Source: Macrostomum lignano (Eukaryota). Taken from it: a stretch of DNA of 64,000 nucleotides. This document shows positions 33,501 to 47,400 of this stretch, one piece after another; positions within the stretch are counted from its first letter, which is position 1; each line of letters starts with the position of its first letter. Under the pieces are notes generated by a model. It was given only the letters and a program-made list of their open reading frames with translations. It did not search any database and was not told the origin of the DNA. The stretch lies in contig NIVC01000109.1 in the NCBI GenBank assembly GCA_002269645.1, positions 1-64,000 on the forward strand, given 5' to 3'. A program made the translations under genes and the position numbers.

Positions 33501-35978
33501 GAGCATCTGAGGAAGCACACACCTCACCCCTGAGCATGAGGCAGCACACACCTCACCCTTGAGCATGAGGAAGCACACACCTCACCCCTGAGCATGAGGA
33601 AGCACATACCTCACCCTTGAGCACCGTAGGCAGCACATACATAAGTTAATACCCGAACCAAGCAAGCACGGATTAAAAAACTCACCTGTAATCTTCAGTG
33701 AGCTGCTCGTTCTGCTGCTTGAAGTCCTTCTCCTGCTTGCGCAGCTTCACTCGCAGGTTGTTCAGCGCGTCCTGCAGCCGGGTGATCCTTCGCTTTTGCA
33801 GCGATTTGGTCTGCGTGTTATCCTCTTCGCGCTTCTTCAGCACTTGAAAATTGTACTCGAGCTTCTCCAGGTTCAGCTGAAACGTAGCCTTCATCATCTG
33901 CACCTGCTGTTGCAGCCGCTCGACGTCCTGCTCGAGAGTGACCTTCAACTCGTTGAACTCCTCGGCGTGTTGGGTTCGCAGGGCGCTCAGCTGATCCTCG
34001 AAGTCGTCAACGCGGAGCTGCCTGGCCTGAAGGTATTCGTTCTGCCGGTCCACAATCTGCTTCATCAACGCCTCCCAATCCGACGTCTGTCGCTCCATCG
34101 TGTCCTCCCGCTGTTGAACGAAAGCTTTTTCAATCTGCAGCAGCTCCTGCTTGTAGGCTCGAGTCATGGTTCGCACCTGCTCTTCCATTCGCTCCACCAG
34201 CAGGTCGATTTCTTCCGACTGTTTCTTCAACTCTTTCACGTAGAGCTCGTCTTTGGCTTTGAGCTCGAATAGCAGCTCGTTGATGAGTTTGTTCTTCTCG
34301 TCGATTAGCGAGTCACAGCCCTCCTGCTGAGCTTGCAGCATCTCGTGCAGATCCTGAGAATATTTTTGAGGCATCGCATGCTTAATATCCACTTATCTGT
34401 CTTAGTGCTTGTCTCTGCGTGTGTTTTCGTCTGTGTACCTGCGTCTTCTTGCCTTTATGTCTGCCTGCCTGTCTGACTGTATGTCTCAGTGTCTCTTTGT
34501 TTGTGACAGAATCCTATTTTCTGCCTTAGTGTTTGTATGTCTGCCTGTCTGTCTGACTGTATGTCTCAGCGTCTCTTTGTTTGTGACAGAATCCTATTTT
34601 CTGCCTTAGTGTTTGTATGTCTGCCTGTCTGTCTGACTGTATGTCTCAGCGTCTCTTTGTTTGTGACAGAATCCTAGTTTCTGCCTTACTGTCTGTCTGT
34701 GTCTGTCTGTCTGTTTGTCTACTCAGCAAGCTCTATAAATGCCTCTAAATAATCCCTACCTGCGGAATCTCCTTCTGCAACGCGATCTCCCACTTCTTGG
34801 TGATGTCGTCGAACTTCTCTGTGGCGGCCTTGGCCTCGGCCTCCAGCTTCTCTCGCCGCAGTCGACGCGCCTCGTCATCCTCGATGCGGCGCGCGTTCTC
34901 CCTGGCGTCGCCAGCAACGCGGACGTTGGTGAGAAACTCGTTGCCGTCGCGCAGCAGCTTCGTGTTGCGCTGCCGGCTGGCCTCAATCTGCTTCAGACTC
35001 TTGCTGAGCTCCTCGATCTTCACGCCCTCCTCCTCGTCTGTGCCTTCGGCCCTGGAGATTGTGTTTGGGTTAACCATGTAGGCACTTCGATTTAAACTTG
35101 TCGAACTAAGCTTTACTGTTTCTAATGAACAGTATATTTCTAAAAAAGTAGTTTTAGATTTCAATGACTTCGTTCTCTGTTATGTAAAATGTGAAAAAGC
35201 TTGACAATAATTTCTATTTTTCTAATATATCTGATAGTAGCTCATAGGAAGATAGACGGGAAATCAAATCTCCTACTTTTTAATTCTCAATTAAGCAATG
35301 TATACTATGTATGCTTTATAAACATCAAAATTATTAGTAAATTTTGTTGACAGTCTTTCAATAGCTTTTGAATTTTATGATTTTTTCATTAAAATTTAAA
35401 ACAGTAAAGTTTAAAATAAGCAAAGTCGTTTAAATTAAAATATCAATATGTCTATGAGATATCAATAATGTCTATGAGATAAATTAATATGCTCCCACAG
35501 AATATTATATGATAGCCAAACTAATATGATTTTGTAGTAGTTTAGTAAAGGAAAAAGCTGGGATCATTTCATGCTTAACAAAAGATAAGTTTCAAAAGCA
35601 GGTTTAAAATTATAAGATAGTTTTAAATTCTATGAACTCGTTTGCTACATAGGTGAAGTAAATGATAATTTTTAGCATTATTGAAATGGAAAAACAAGGA
35701 CTTTTATTGTTGCATAAGATTTTATAGATATATGCACAAATAAAATAAGTTGTACTGAAAAGTCGTGCACGAGAGCTAATGAAAACTATATCTGCCTTAC
35801 TTAATTTTCCTATAACTTTAAATTTAAAACGCCTTTTTGCAGTATTTCCGTAACCGTACCTTCTTTGTGCTTCAATGCGTCGTTCGATACGCAGACGTCT
35901 TGCTTGAATTCTTTCCTGGATGTCTTCTGATTCGACTGTAGGTTCAGGCTCTTCATCTTTCTCTTGACTGTTCTTCAT
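30561..35978 (-). CDS. DRC1: Dynein regulatory complex subunit 1 (CCDC164); exons 35978-35860, 35051-34760, 34353-33686, 33296-32552, 31845-31555, 30620-30561; about 724 aa
   Basis: EKLEYNFQVLKKR, IWLMNEEEAK, LGIPW..PD..FLDNVGPV, LWDALL.GMEKY and EIPPT match DRC1 family motifs. Exons total 2175 nt and join in frame. Confidence 0.93.
30880..31480. repeat. 45-bp intronic minisatellite (CTACTTGAGTAGTCCTTGACTAAATGCTATGACGCTAGCGTCCTT)
   Basis: About 13 copies in the last DRC1 intron. Confidence 0.93.
31905..32470 (+). mobile_element. SINE family B copy interrupted by a MITE (DRC1 intron)
   Basis: tRNA-like head with GCTCGATTCC; body split at about 32013/32221. Confidence 0.8.
32014..32220. mobile_element. 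Candidate MITE (about 207 bp) nested in the SINE
   Basis: Imperfect TIR ACCCGTAGGAAAATAATTGTCC / GGACAATTATTTCTCGCCGGGT; absent from the other SINE-B copies. Confidence 0.65.
33440..33640. repeat. About 30-bp intronic tandem repeat (GCAGCACACACCTCACCCTTGAGCATGAG-like)
   Basis: Visible tandem copies in a DRC1 intron. Confidence 0.8.
34390..34720. repeat. About 80-bp intronic tandem repeat with CTGT microsatellite
   Basis: Three to four copies of ...GTCTCTTTGTTTGTGACAGAATCCTATTTTCTGCCTTAGTG... Confidence 0.8.
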
Positions 35979-37126
35979 TTTCAAATTTAAAATATGAAAT
36001 AGTATTCGAAGACTAAATATCAGATAAACGGGTGTGAAGCTTGTTATCAATAAAAGAAAATTATATTGAAGTTAAAAGGTACCATAGTTCCAAAACACCA
36101 AACATCTTTGTGCACAATAAGAGAAATAAAAAGAATTTAATATTTTTTCAACAAAAAACTAGATGAAACATAGGTTCTTTAAACATTTTTTGATTTTTTG
36201 ACCGTTCTATAACAAGACATTTGTTTTACTCTGTTTTCTGCATTATTTAAACCCGTCGGTATTTTTGACTCAAGATAGCGAAGAGTATATCGAAGCTATA
36301 TAATAAAAAGGAAGGCAATAAAATTTAGAATTGTTATACTAAAAAACGGTATTCGTAAAAATCATTAGATTTTTTGCATTCACAGCAAAAAACACAAAAA
36401 GAATAAGGAGTAAATGTTTTATGCTATAAGTACCGACGGACACACTTTCTGAATTTTATTTGCTTTTTATTATTACGTGCATGCTCTGTGTTCTGTACGT
36501 TTTTATATGTTATCGTTTGAAAAAAATCAATTGATCTGTCTGTTCACCGTTCGCCAGTGTTTTCCAGCCTTCTAAGTATTTGTTTATTGTATTTTTCTTT
36601 TACGCTATTCTTATTTCTTGCTTTTTCTTTCTTAAAAACGATTGCAATATTGATTACCTTACATATAACTTTTTACTATAAAAAACGTACATTCTTTGGC
36701 TGAGAACTCCCTTCTTTCGGCACTTGCACATTATTAGTGCAATGTCATTACTTTTGAGACAATCATTGGATCTTTTAAACCTTCTCGATCGTAACGCGAA
36801 GAATCTTGTTCCACTATACCAACAGAAATCGGCCGTAGCTATTATAAATGATTGAATGTACGAGTGTAATTGGTAGGCTGGTGCACACACATGGCTACCT
36901 AAACAAGCTGGTTTAGTGCCTGTTTCATTAGCTCTTTCTCCCTCTCTCTCTCTCTCTCTCTCTCTCCCTGTCCCTACACGAACCGACGGTAAATAATATA
37001 AACCTTGACTGGATGCGTAGTGAATACACGTGTATAAAGCCTATAAACCTGTGAATGTTAAAAACTGCAAGACGACATTGAAGAATTGACTTATAATAAT
37101 ACTAAACAGTCCAACAGTATTTAATA

Positions 37127-39105
37127 ATGACCTACTCATACTCATTTCGAGTCACAACGGTTCGCTTATTTGGCTTGGCCAGGCTGCTCACAATTTGGCG
37201 AGCCTCAGTCTACAAGCTGGTTTTTCTTGAGCTGCTGATCTACTGCCTGCTGTATGCTACCGGCTCGTGCGTTTATCGATTTGCCCTCAGCCAGACTCAG
37301 AAAAAGTGCGTTAGTGAGTTTTCAGATGCTGTTTGCATGCTTATTCGCACGTGCCTGATGAAATTAGCACCCGTATTTCACTCCTATCTCCGCAAGCGAT
37401 TCCCATTTTGTCATGCGATCTGCTGCATGCCCCTCCCCATTTTTCTAGCCAATCACAGCTCATCTATAGGCCGGTGACGTCACTTGACTGCTAGGCGACA
37501 TTGGTCAAAGAAAGCTCAAGGTCATTTTTATCACGCATCACGCGCATGATACGTGATCTTTACTCGATTTAAGCGAGCCAATTTTTCCCTTTTTTCCCTA
37601 CCTTGTCGAGGTTCACCCCTAGGTTCGCAGACACAAAAAAACCGACATCTTGATAGTCTAGACTTATAAAACTACCCATTTAACAAAAAATACTGTATAT
37701 TTCGGAGAAGAACAAAGACTCAAATGATGAAGCAAGTTCATAATGAACTTTTATATCCCTTTGTTAGCTTTTTAGTGAATTTTTTTAAATAAAGGAGCTC
37801 TAAAGTTTAAAGCCAAGACTCAAGAGCAGTGGCTGGACTTGAAACTCACCGATGGGTTAAAACTAATCCACCACACGAACATGTCAATACTGTAAATCAG
37901 ATATGAATTAACAGACAGTTCTTGCCAAAGTTACTGATTGTTTTTGTTGTCTCCAAAAAGCTTCCAAGCTGCATAGCATTCTAAAATTCGCGCACAGTTT
38001 GTCATTGCTAAATTTAGGGGCAAAATCGTTGCCAGCAAATACAGTATAACAAATCATGCGGGCAAACCAAATTAATTCTAGGCAGAAAGTTTTTCTCGCT
38101 AATTTCCTGTTCCCCTGCGGGAATAATTATAATATGCTAATTAGGCCTTTTTTGCATGCCAAATTTCTGTATTTTCTTGTAAAGAAATTTTATTTTTTTA
38201 CAGACACGACTGCTAATCTGACTACAGACACCGTAAATCTGACTACAGACACAGTCAATCTGATTGCAGACACTGCCAATCTGACTATAGCCAATGTCAA
38301 TCTGATTACAGACACTTGTCATTCTCCCTACAGACACTTGTCATTCTCCCTACAGACACTTGTCATTCTCCCTACAGACACTTGTCATTCTCCCTACAGA
38401 CACTTGTCATTCTCCCTACAGACACTTGTCATTCTCCCTACAGACACTTGTCATTCTCCCTACAGACACTTGTCATTCTCCCTACAGACACTTGTCATTC
38501 TCCCTACAGACACTTGTCATTCTCCCTACAGACACTTGTCATTCTCCCTACAGACACTTGTCATTCTCCCTACAGACACTTGTCATTCTCCCTACAGACA
38601 CTTGTCATTCTCCCTACAGACACTTGTCATTCTCCCTACAGACACTTGTCATTCTCCCTACAGACACTTGTCATTCTCCCTACAGACACTTGTCATTCTC
38701 CCTACAGACACTTGTCATTCTCCCTACAGACACTTGTCATTCTCCCTACAGACACTGTCAATCTGACTACAGCAACTGTCAATCTGACTACAGACATTGT
38801 CAATCTCACCTCAAATACTCGTAGCTACCTCAAACTCAAACCCGAAGATGAACCCGAATCCAATTCAGACTATTCGAAAAGGTGGTAGTGTACTGCGGCA
38901 CACTCGAGAACGTCCTGCCGCTGACATTCGTGCTCGGTTTCTACGTGAGCGTCGTGGTGCAACGCTGGTGGTCTCAGTTTATGAACATTCCCTGGCCTGA
39001 TCGGTGAGTCTTGGTACGAAGCCAATGCGAATAATATTAATAATTGCAGGAGGGCCGTGGGGCATCCTGGCACAACGCTATCCATCTATCTATCAATCTA
39101 CCTAC

Positions 39106-39141
<36 letters not shown>

Positions 39142-39186
39142 ATATCTATATATCTATATATCTATCTATCTATCTATATATCTATA

Positions 39187-39283
<97 letters not shown>

Positions 39284-42200
39284 CATCGTTCCAGGATGAT
39301 GGCCTACATCAGTGCGCTCATACCGGGCCTTGATGAGGCCACGGTGACGCTGCGCAGAACACTCATCCGGTACCTGCTGCTGTCAGAGGTGCTGCTGTTG
39401 ATGGCAGTCAGTGCGCCCATCAGGAAACGATTTCCGGATGTGGAAAGTTTGGTTCAGCAGGGTGAGAATCAGGAGATTGAAAATTGCTTTTTCGTGTTTT
39501 AATAGATGTGCAACTTCATTGAACCATAGTACCAAAGAGAATCAGTTGAGTGCTAAGAAAAATCAGTGAAATTTCAATGGGTGATCGACATTGGAGTGCC
39601 AAGTAGAGTCAGCAGGGTGCCAAGTAGAATCAGTGGAGTGCCAAGTAGAATCAGTAGAGTTATCCAACCCCGACCCTCCAGGCCTGATGACCAATCAGGA
39701 ATACGAGCTCTACAATGACGATAAAGTGCCGCATATCTCATCCAAGTACTGGCTGCCAACCCACTGGTGCGCCATTCTGCTCGGTCGGGCCAGGCGGGAA
39801 AAGAAAATCAAGGACAACTTCAGTCTGATAGTGCTGTTGAATGTGAGTAGCGCAGATCATTTGGTAACCGTTCTCATATTTTCTCAGGCGCAGAAATACC
39901 ATTGCTAATAAATTATTGCACCTGCAGGAGTTGAGCACCTACAAGAGCTGTTTGGGCACCGTGTTCTCCTTTGACTGGATCAGCCTGCCGCTGGTTTACA
40001 CTCAGGTAGAGTAAGAGACTGCGGGGGGGGGGTAAATTCTTAACCTATCATCAAGGAGACCAATTTTTTAAAGGCCGATTCAAAACCACTAACTGGTGGC
40101 AGAGTAGTCTAGCTTGAAAAGCTATTTTAATTGACATCTGCCCGTTCCTCAGACTCCTGGGCGCCAATACTGAGACACACGCTCACACAGCTTTGTACAC
40201 AAATCCGAAGTTAATCTGTGGTCGTGCAAGGAATCGAACTGTTCTGATACGCTCATATTATAACTTTCTCTCGCACAGGTGGCAACAATCTCAGTCTACG
40301 GATTCTTCATCAACACGCTGCTGTCCCGCCAGTACCTGAACCACACCAGCGTTCGCGCCGAGTTCGGGCCGGAGGTGTCGGCCAAGTACGCCATCGATCT
40401 GTACGTGCCGATCGATACGCTGCTGCAGCTGTTCTTTTACCTGGGCTGGCTTAAGGTAAACGGGGGTTTTTTATTATCGGAACTATTTTAGCCAAAGAGC
40501 CCAAGTAGAGAAGGGAGATGAGAGATGAGAGGCGAGAGGAGGGGAGAGAGTAGAGTGGGGAGATGAGAGATGAGAGGCGAGAGGAGGGGAGAGAGTAGAG
40601 TGGGGAGATGAGAGATGAGAGGCGAGAGGAGGGGAGAGAGTAGAGTGGGGAGATGAGAGATGAGAGGCGAGAGGAGGGGAGAGAGTAGAGTGGGGAGATG
40701 AGAGATGAGAGGCGAGAGGAGGGGAGAGAGTAGAGTGGGGAGATGAGAGATGAGAGGCGAGAGGAGGGGAGAGAGTAGAGTGGGGAGATGAGAGATGAGA
40801 GGCGAGAGGAGGGGAGAAAGTAGAGAAGGGAGATGAGAGATGAGAGGCGAGAGGAGGGGAGAAAGTAGAGAAGGGAGATGAGAGATGAGAGGTGAGAGGA
40901 GGCGAGAAAGTAGAGACGAAGATGAGAGAGGAGGGGAGAAAGTAGAGAGGGGAGATGAGAGAGCAGGAGAGAAAGTAGAGAGGGAAGATGAGAGAGGAGG
41001 AGAGAAAGTAGAGAGGGGAGATAAGAGAGGAGGGGCGAGAGGAGGGGAGAAAGTAGAGAAGGGAGAGAGATGAGAGATGAGAGATGAGAGGCGAGAGGAG
41101 GGGAGAGAGGAGAAAAATAAGAATGAGCTGAGAAAAGACACAAACCTTGAACGGGCCGGGTTGCCATTGTGAAGTTTTAAAGGACCCGAGGACCGGGTAG
41201 AGGCTTCGGGAGTTTGCCAACCCCTGCTCTTCAGCCATGGCTCGTGGCCATTAAAAATTGCTGTCACTCGTGAGCAGGTGGCCGAGCAGATGCTCAATCC
41301 GTTCGGCGAGGACGACGACGACTTCGAGTGCAACTTCATCGTCGACCGCAACCTGAAGGTCGGCCTCTACGCAGTCGACGGGGCGCTCAGACGCGAGCCG
41401 ACGCTGCAACGAGACGTCTGGTGGCAGTCGGGGGACCCGCGCCTGTCCTACACCGAGGCGTCGGAGAAGTTCGCCATGGCCGACGGCTGGTTCGGCTCGG
41501 CGGCCAATATCGCCGTGCCGTCTATTGCGCCGACCGACTCGACGGCGTCCCGAATCAACCTGCTGCCAGGCATCCCGGAGGTGACTCCGCTGGCAGGCGC
41601 AGTTGATGGCGACAACGACGAGGAAGACGGCGAGGACAATGATGAGGACAATGATGAGGAAGAGACTGGATCTCGAGTTGGTCGTCGACTGTCGCTGTTG
41701 TCGAGGTCGCTGAGCCACGGCAGGGAAGCTTCGGCTGCGGATTTCGAAGCGGCAACCTCCGCCGCCGAGGCGGGTCGCCGACTGCCGCCGCTGCTGCACG
41801 AGTTGAAGAAGCCGGCTGGTGAGACAAGTTCAGCTTTTTTCAGTTGCTTCAGGTGAGGTGAGGTGAGGTGAGGTGAAGTGAGGTGAGGTGAGGTGAGTTG
41901 AGGTGAGGTGAGGTGAGGTGAGGTGAGGTGAGGTGAGGTGAGGTGAGGTGAGGTAAAGTGAAAAGTTTCATATCTGACTAAAGTTGATGCTATGCTTCAT
42001 CGTGGCATTAGCTTACATCTTCAAAAAATAATTGAGGTTTTGAAATAAGAGGTTTGACGTTTGAATTCTATAGAAATAATAGTAATCAATAGAGACCAAC
42101 TCAAGCACCGAAATGTGGGAGTTTGCCATGGGCAGATGTGCAGCAACCGACAGCTCAGCCGCAGCTATTGCGCAGCGCATCTGAAGGCTGCGTACGGCTG

Positions 42201-42969
42201 TTCAGTCCAATGACTGTGGGGGGGGGGGTCGCCGGGGTCGCCACGCACCCTCAACTACCTCAGCTAATGCTGGCACCCATTTTACAGCTGGGTGAACTAG
42301 GAGCAATGCAGAGTTAAGTGCCTTGCTCTAGGACTCAAAGTTCTCTGAGTCGGTCGAGAATCGAACCTCCGATTGGACTATCGAATTATTGAGCTACTTG
42401 TGAGAAACTTGTAAGCAATCCTCGATTAATCCAAGCAAAACAAAAAACTTCCTGAAGGCAAACGAGGCGACCGCAGGCGGACAATATCCACTTCAGTTGA
42501 TCAGCGAAGACTATCGCAGCAGCAGCAGCAGCAGCATCCGACAAGTCCGCAGAAGACAGCCAGCGAGAGCGAACCGAGGACCTCGCCTGCAGCCGAGTCC
42601 GACCTGTGTCGTTCGCTTCCAGACGCGCAGTTTCGCTTCGGCCGCAAGGAGCTGCAGGACATTGTGGACGGCCCTGTCGGGAGGCTCTCCGCCAGACTGC
42701 CGGAGATCGCTGAGCAGCCAGCCCAGAGCGCCGAGAGACGGCAGCGTCAGCGACGACACACAAGCCAGCAGCCAGTCGATGAAGAGTTTGAAATGACGGC
42801 TGCTGCAACAATGGAGAGCTCGCCGGACCAGTCGCAGCAGGATGAGCATCGAGACGGCAGATCCACTGCAGCCAATGCTGACGTCGGTTCCGGTGTCTCA
42901 TTGTCGTCGTCCTCCGGCAGTTGCAACGAATTGTTGGAAGTTTCTGAGCCACCGAAGCCGCAGCTGTGA
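37127..42969 (+). CDS. Bestrophin-family Ca2+-activated chloride channel; exons 37127-37305, 38869-39003, 39295-39461, 39682-39842, 39928-40005, 40279-40455, 41278-41818, 42497-42969; about 636 aa
   Basis: [51 protein letters not shown]. Exons total 1911 nt and join in frame. Confidence 0.93.
38200..38810. repeat. 22-bp intronic minisatellite (ACAGACACTTGTCATTCTCCCT)n flanked by 21-bp diverged units
   Basis: Read directly; accounts for the repetitive ORFs at 38056-38888. Confidence 0.95.
39080..39282. repeat. (TATC)n microsatellite, intronic
   Basis: Read directly. Confidence 0.95.
40505..41110. repeat. 45-bp GA-rich intronic minisatellite
   Basis: Period 45 read directly; decays toward the 3' end. 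Confidence 0.93.
41853..41957. repeat. (GTGAG)n pentanucleotide array
   Basis: Read directly; starts just downstream of bestrophin exon 7. Confidence 0.95.
42130..42380 (-). mobile_element. CORE-like SINE family A copy 3
   Basis: Matches 13150-13410. Confidence 0.8.
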
Positions 42970-43294
42970 TTGGAGTCGGGACTAATCAGACTTTAATACC
43001 TTCCAATATCACAGTTAGTCTTAATAGAATGGCTCGCACACATCCACTTAGCCTTTGTTCTGTTGAACTACTAACAGTAGCTTGCTAGATTTGTTAGAAT
43101 AAATATTTGCATACGTTTTTCAAACGTGTCGTGATAATGCAACGATTTTTCTCGGGCTCTTTTTCTAACAAAATCAAATTGAAAAATCGACTGATTTAAT
43201 AAAAAATATAACAAGATCAGCATAAAAGTATGCATAAATATACTATAGTACGCTCGTAGGTAATAGACTATCCAAATAATATGATTGCTGAGTG

Positions 43295-43600
43295 GTGAGG
43301 TGAGCTGAGCTGAGCTGAGCTGAGCTGAGCTGAGCTGAGCTGAGCTGAGCTGAGCTGAGCTGAGCTGAGCTGAAGTTGAGGTGAGTTGAGGTGAGGTGAG
43401 GTGAGCTGAGGTGAGGTGAGGTGAGGTGAGGTGAGGTGAGGTGGGGTGAGGTGAGGTGAGGTGAGGTGAGGTAAGGTGAGGTGAGGTGAGGTGAGGTGAG
43501 GTGAGGTGAGGTGAGGTGAGGTGAGGTGAGGTGAGGTGAGGTGAGGTGAGCTGAGGTGAGTTGAGGTGAGGTTGAGGTGAGGTGAGGTGGGGTGAGGTGA
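43295..43600. repeat. Compound (GCTGA)n/(GGTGA)n pentanucleotide array
   Basis: Read directly. Confidence 0.95.
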
Positions 43601-44488
43601 GTTCCACATCAGATCAATATTTATTAAGCGGCTCAGCAGCTGATCCAATGTTTAATCAGGGCATGGCTACAGCTTCATAAAGGAACTGAAGTTGATTGCA
43701 ATGGAAATAACATCACTATAAGCTAGCATTCACCAGTGCTATTTAAAGCAAATTAATCGATATTGATAGCAGCTATCAACATCAAACCCGGATATTTGCA
43801 ACCAAGGCCAATTTAAATTGCAAATTTCTCTCTCTATTCATAGATTAGACATCCAACTCAGCGCTTGAACTGGTTCAGTGTAGACCGGCTGGTGAATTTG
43901 TGAGAAAGCCGGTCAGTTGACCACCGCAAGCGCACACATCCGCTACCAGATTAGCCACTAATTATGCACAAACAGATGGAAGCATGTGTCAGGGGAAAGC
44001 AAATTTGGTTTGAGCGCTTATGGTAAACGCGCCATACCTGATATTGTCGGTATTTTTAGTAAATTTTGAGCATTTATATATTCTGCCTGAATAAAAATAT
44101 CTCAAACGGCATCGTTAGTGCTACTATTGATAAAAATATTAAATTCTAGTTCGTAATGTTTCGACAGCAGCCAGTTGCAGTTTCAGGAATAGTTTTAATT
44201 AGCATAAAAATATCTGAATAACCAATCATAAGCTATTAGTGAAGCAAAAGTCTTAGCTGAAATAATATATTATAGTTATTACAAATTTCGGAAGCTTAAA
44301 AAGTCATTCTCTATAAAAAACAGAAAAGCACAGAGAAATCTTGAGTAAATGAGGGTCTCTCTCGTAGTCTCTCCGTTATTTTTAAAAAATCGGAACTTGA
44401 AGAAGCTGAGCTTTGATGTCTACAGCACAGCACACCTGTTGGTTACAGAAAAGTTCATCTGCCTTGATCGCCTTACGATCCCCCAGCC

Positions 44489-47400
44489 CTACATATCCCA
44501 TGACGTCACCAGTTCGCCGTGCTCGTCGATGTGTCCGATGATCTTCTCGTAGATCGTCTCGAGACTGTCCGACAGACGGGGGGCCGACGGTTCGGGACTG
44601 ACCACCGTCGCGTACTCCATGCGGGACAGGTCCTGGGTAAACCGGTTCAGGTAGATGAGGCTTAAATGCAGATTAATTAACTAATTAATCTCTCTTCCGT
44701 CTCTATACGACCAGCACCAGGGCTTTAGCACCAGGGGCGCCAGCACCAGGTGCGCCAGCACCAGGGGCGCCAGCACCAGGTGCGCCAGCACCAGGGGCGC
44801 CAGCACCAGGGGCGCCAGCACCAGGGGCGCCAGCACCAGGGGCGCCAGCACATCAAAAATGAGATACCAATTATGGAATGCAACCAAGCTACCCACCCTG
44901 TACAGGTAGTGCGATTTCCTGTACTCCTGCTCCAGCTCGAGGGCCGACGGTCCCGCACCGATGCGCTTTCGGTAAAAGTAAATCGATAACGCAGCTACTA
45001 AAAGCAGCAACGACAGCAGGCCGAACAGAACTGGTAGAAAACTGCTTTGTTCGTCCCGCTTCCCTTTGTTGCATCTTGTGACTCCTGAAATTCGAATAAT
45101 TGCTACTCGAATGTCCATTTCTGTTGATCTGCATATGTCAACAAGGAGACATAAGCGGCCTTACCTGCTGATTGCAAAGATGAACAGCTCCGCTTTATCG
45201 TGAAATTAAAGATTTCCCTCTGTGTAATCAAACAAGAAATTGTTATATTTTCTTGATAGCTGTCAGTGTTGCCAGTCAGAACTGCTGCATCTTCCAACGA
45301 GTCATTCCAAAACGGCTGAAGGTGGTTTTTAAAAATTGGTTTCATGCAGTCATGCCATTTTTTATTGAGGCTGGCACGCTTTAAGCGACATTGTCGCACA
45401 ACCGGCGAGAGGCATTGCTGCCCATTCCGCCGACTCCCCTGAGCAAAGGAACACAAGCGCGCGGATACGTACGCAGTCATACGCACAGGCACACACTCAC
45501 ACAGGAGTTTACAGCGGCCCTAACTTTATTTATCGTTAGGCATGTGCACTTCACTGTGCCTTGGGGGTTGGCCCTCAATGGCGTTAATTGCACGAGCAGC
45601 GCCAAGCCGAGATTTCAATTTCGCCGAACTGAACCTTTGGGCTACGCCCCCCCCCCCGGGAAATGTCATGCTTCAGAGCTACTCACAGAGCCAGTAGAGT
45701 TCCCATCGATGAAGCACTGAGCGCTGGCTCTGGGATTTCCTCTCCATTCCTTCGACAGGCTAAGCGTGGTGTTAAAATGGGTTCCGTTGAAGAAAGAGAT
45801 CGACAAACTTGCTTCTGCTTGGTCTGAGGGGAATTTTTTTAAAAAATTCTTGGCGATTATCAAGTCTCCATTACAGTCACGAAAAACTATTCACAAAGGT
45901 AGTTGAGTAAATATTCAATATAGGAATGCCTGCATTGGATTCTTATGGGGAACGAATAATAAGCAGAAGCGCTGCCCGACCGCCCGAGGACTCGGCTGCG
46001 TCAGTCGGTGATCGAGACCGTCATGCTGTACAACGCCGAGACGTGAACCCTAACCGCTACGCTGAAGGGGCAGCTGGACTCGGCGCACTCGGGGCTGCTC
46101 TGAGTGGTCTTACGAGCTGACGAGAGCTTCGGGCTCAACTGCAACGCCCGTCCACCTTCCTTGAGCCGGCGGCGACGTCACCTGGCGAACCACGTGATCC
46201 AGGTCGAGAGCTACTGCCCCCAGCCTCTACAGAGACGCCCTCATGACTTGACTCATCTAGGTTTCGTCTTTTGTTGTTCTTATTATACGAGCTAATAACC
46301 CTTTGGTGCTGAAGCTCAGATGTTAAATTTAATATGCAATTAGTGATCACAATTAATAACTTTAACCAAACTTTTGACAACTCACAATGAACAGTAACAT
46401 TCTGTGTGAATCTGCCATCCACATCTTCGAGGCCATGCTGAGAGACCCTGCACTCCAAGGATCCTCCGTTCATCTGCCTTGTGGAACTCAAGCTGAACTC
46501 AGATTCCACCAGCGTCTCAACGCCTAGATTTTGAGCCTCGGGGTTGTTCTGGGCCCTGGTCATGCTGGTGCTGAGACCCTCGGCTGTCCGCAGCCAGCAC
46601 CGGTGACTGGGCTCAGGGTTGCCACCAACTGACCGAACTGAGACTGACACGGGCTCGCCCTCCTTCATCACCAGAGGCTGAGTTGCATTCCATGAGCTGC
46701 TTGACGCGTCTGTTTTTGTGCAGGTGCGAGCATGGATGGTTAATTGTCTCAGCAATCTGAGTTGCTGATGGGTCAGAGAAGCTGAACTGCAATCCACTCA
46801 CATGACACATCGATTTGCTCACTGCTGACAGACTGATTGAATACAAGTGTGCCGTCTGCATGAGTCTGAGCGACCTGGCAGATGACTCTCATCTGGTTGT
46901 GGCTGGCCGATGCATTGAGTCGCCACACTGATGAAGCATTTGACTCAGATGGCAGCTGGAGTCAACAGAGTCAGTAATTTATAAATTTATGCATAATTTT
47001 TGCATTGACAATTCACAGTGAGAAACTCACACTGAGCTGTTTCAGATTCGATCCACCGATTGAGCAGAAGTGCTGAGCAGGCGGATTTCCTGTTTCCAGC
47101 GTCTGCAGGGTGACTTGAGCTTCTCTTCCACTGCGGATTCGTCCAGGAGGCAGCTTGATTGACAGGCCGGAGCTGCGGTCTGAAATGCAGTTCGGTATGG
47201 CAGTCAGGTGAGCTGCATTGGGGTTGAACTGGTGAACTGGTTCCGCATTGGATCTAACTGGTGAACTGGTTCCGCATTGGATCTAACTGGTGAACTGGTT
47301 CCACATTGGATCTAACTGGTGAACTGGTTCCACATTGGATCTAACTGGTGAACTGGTTCCGCATTGGGTTTGATTGGTGAACTCGAGTCACGCAGATCAT

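Noticed and set aside
38056-43648. Long low-complexity ORFs (38056-38888, 39004-39502, 40451-41351, 43071-43648)
   Set aside because: Translations of intronic or downstream mini- and microsatellites; the real bestrophin exons splice around them.
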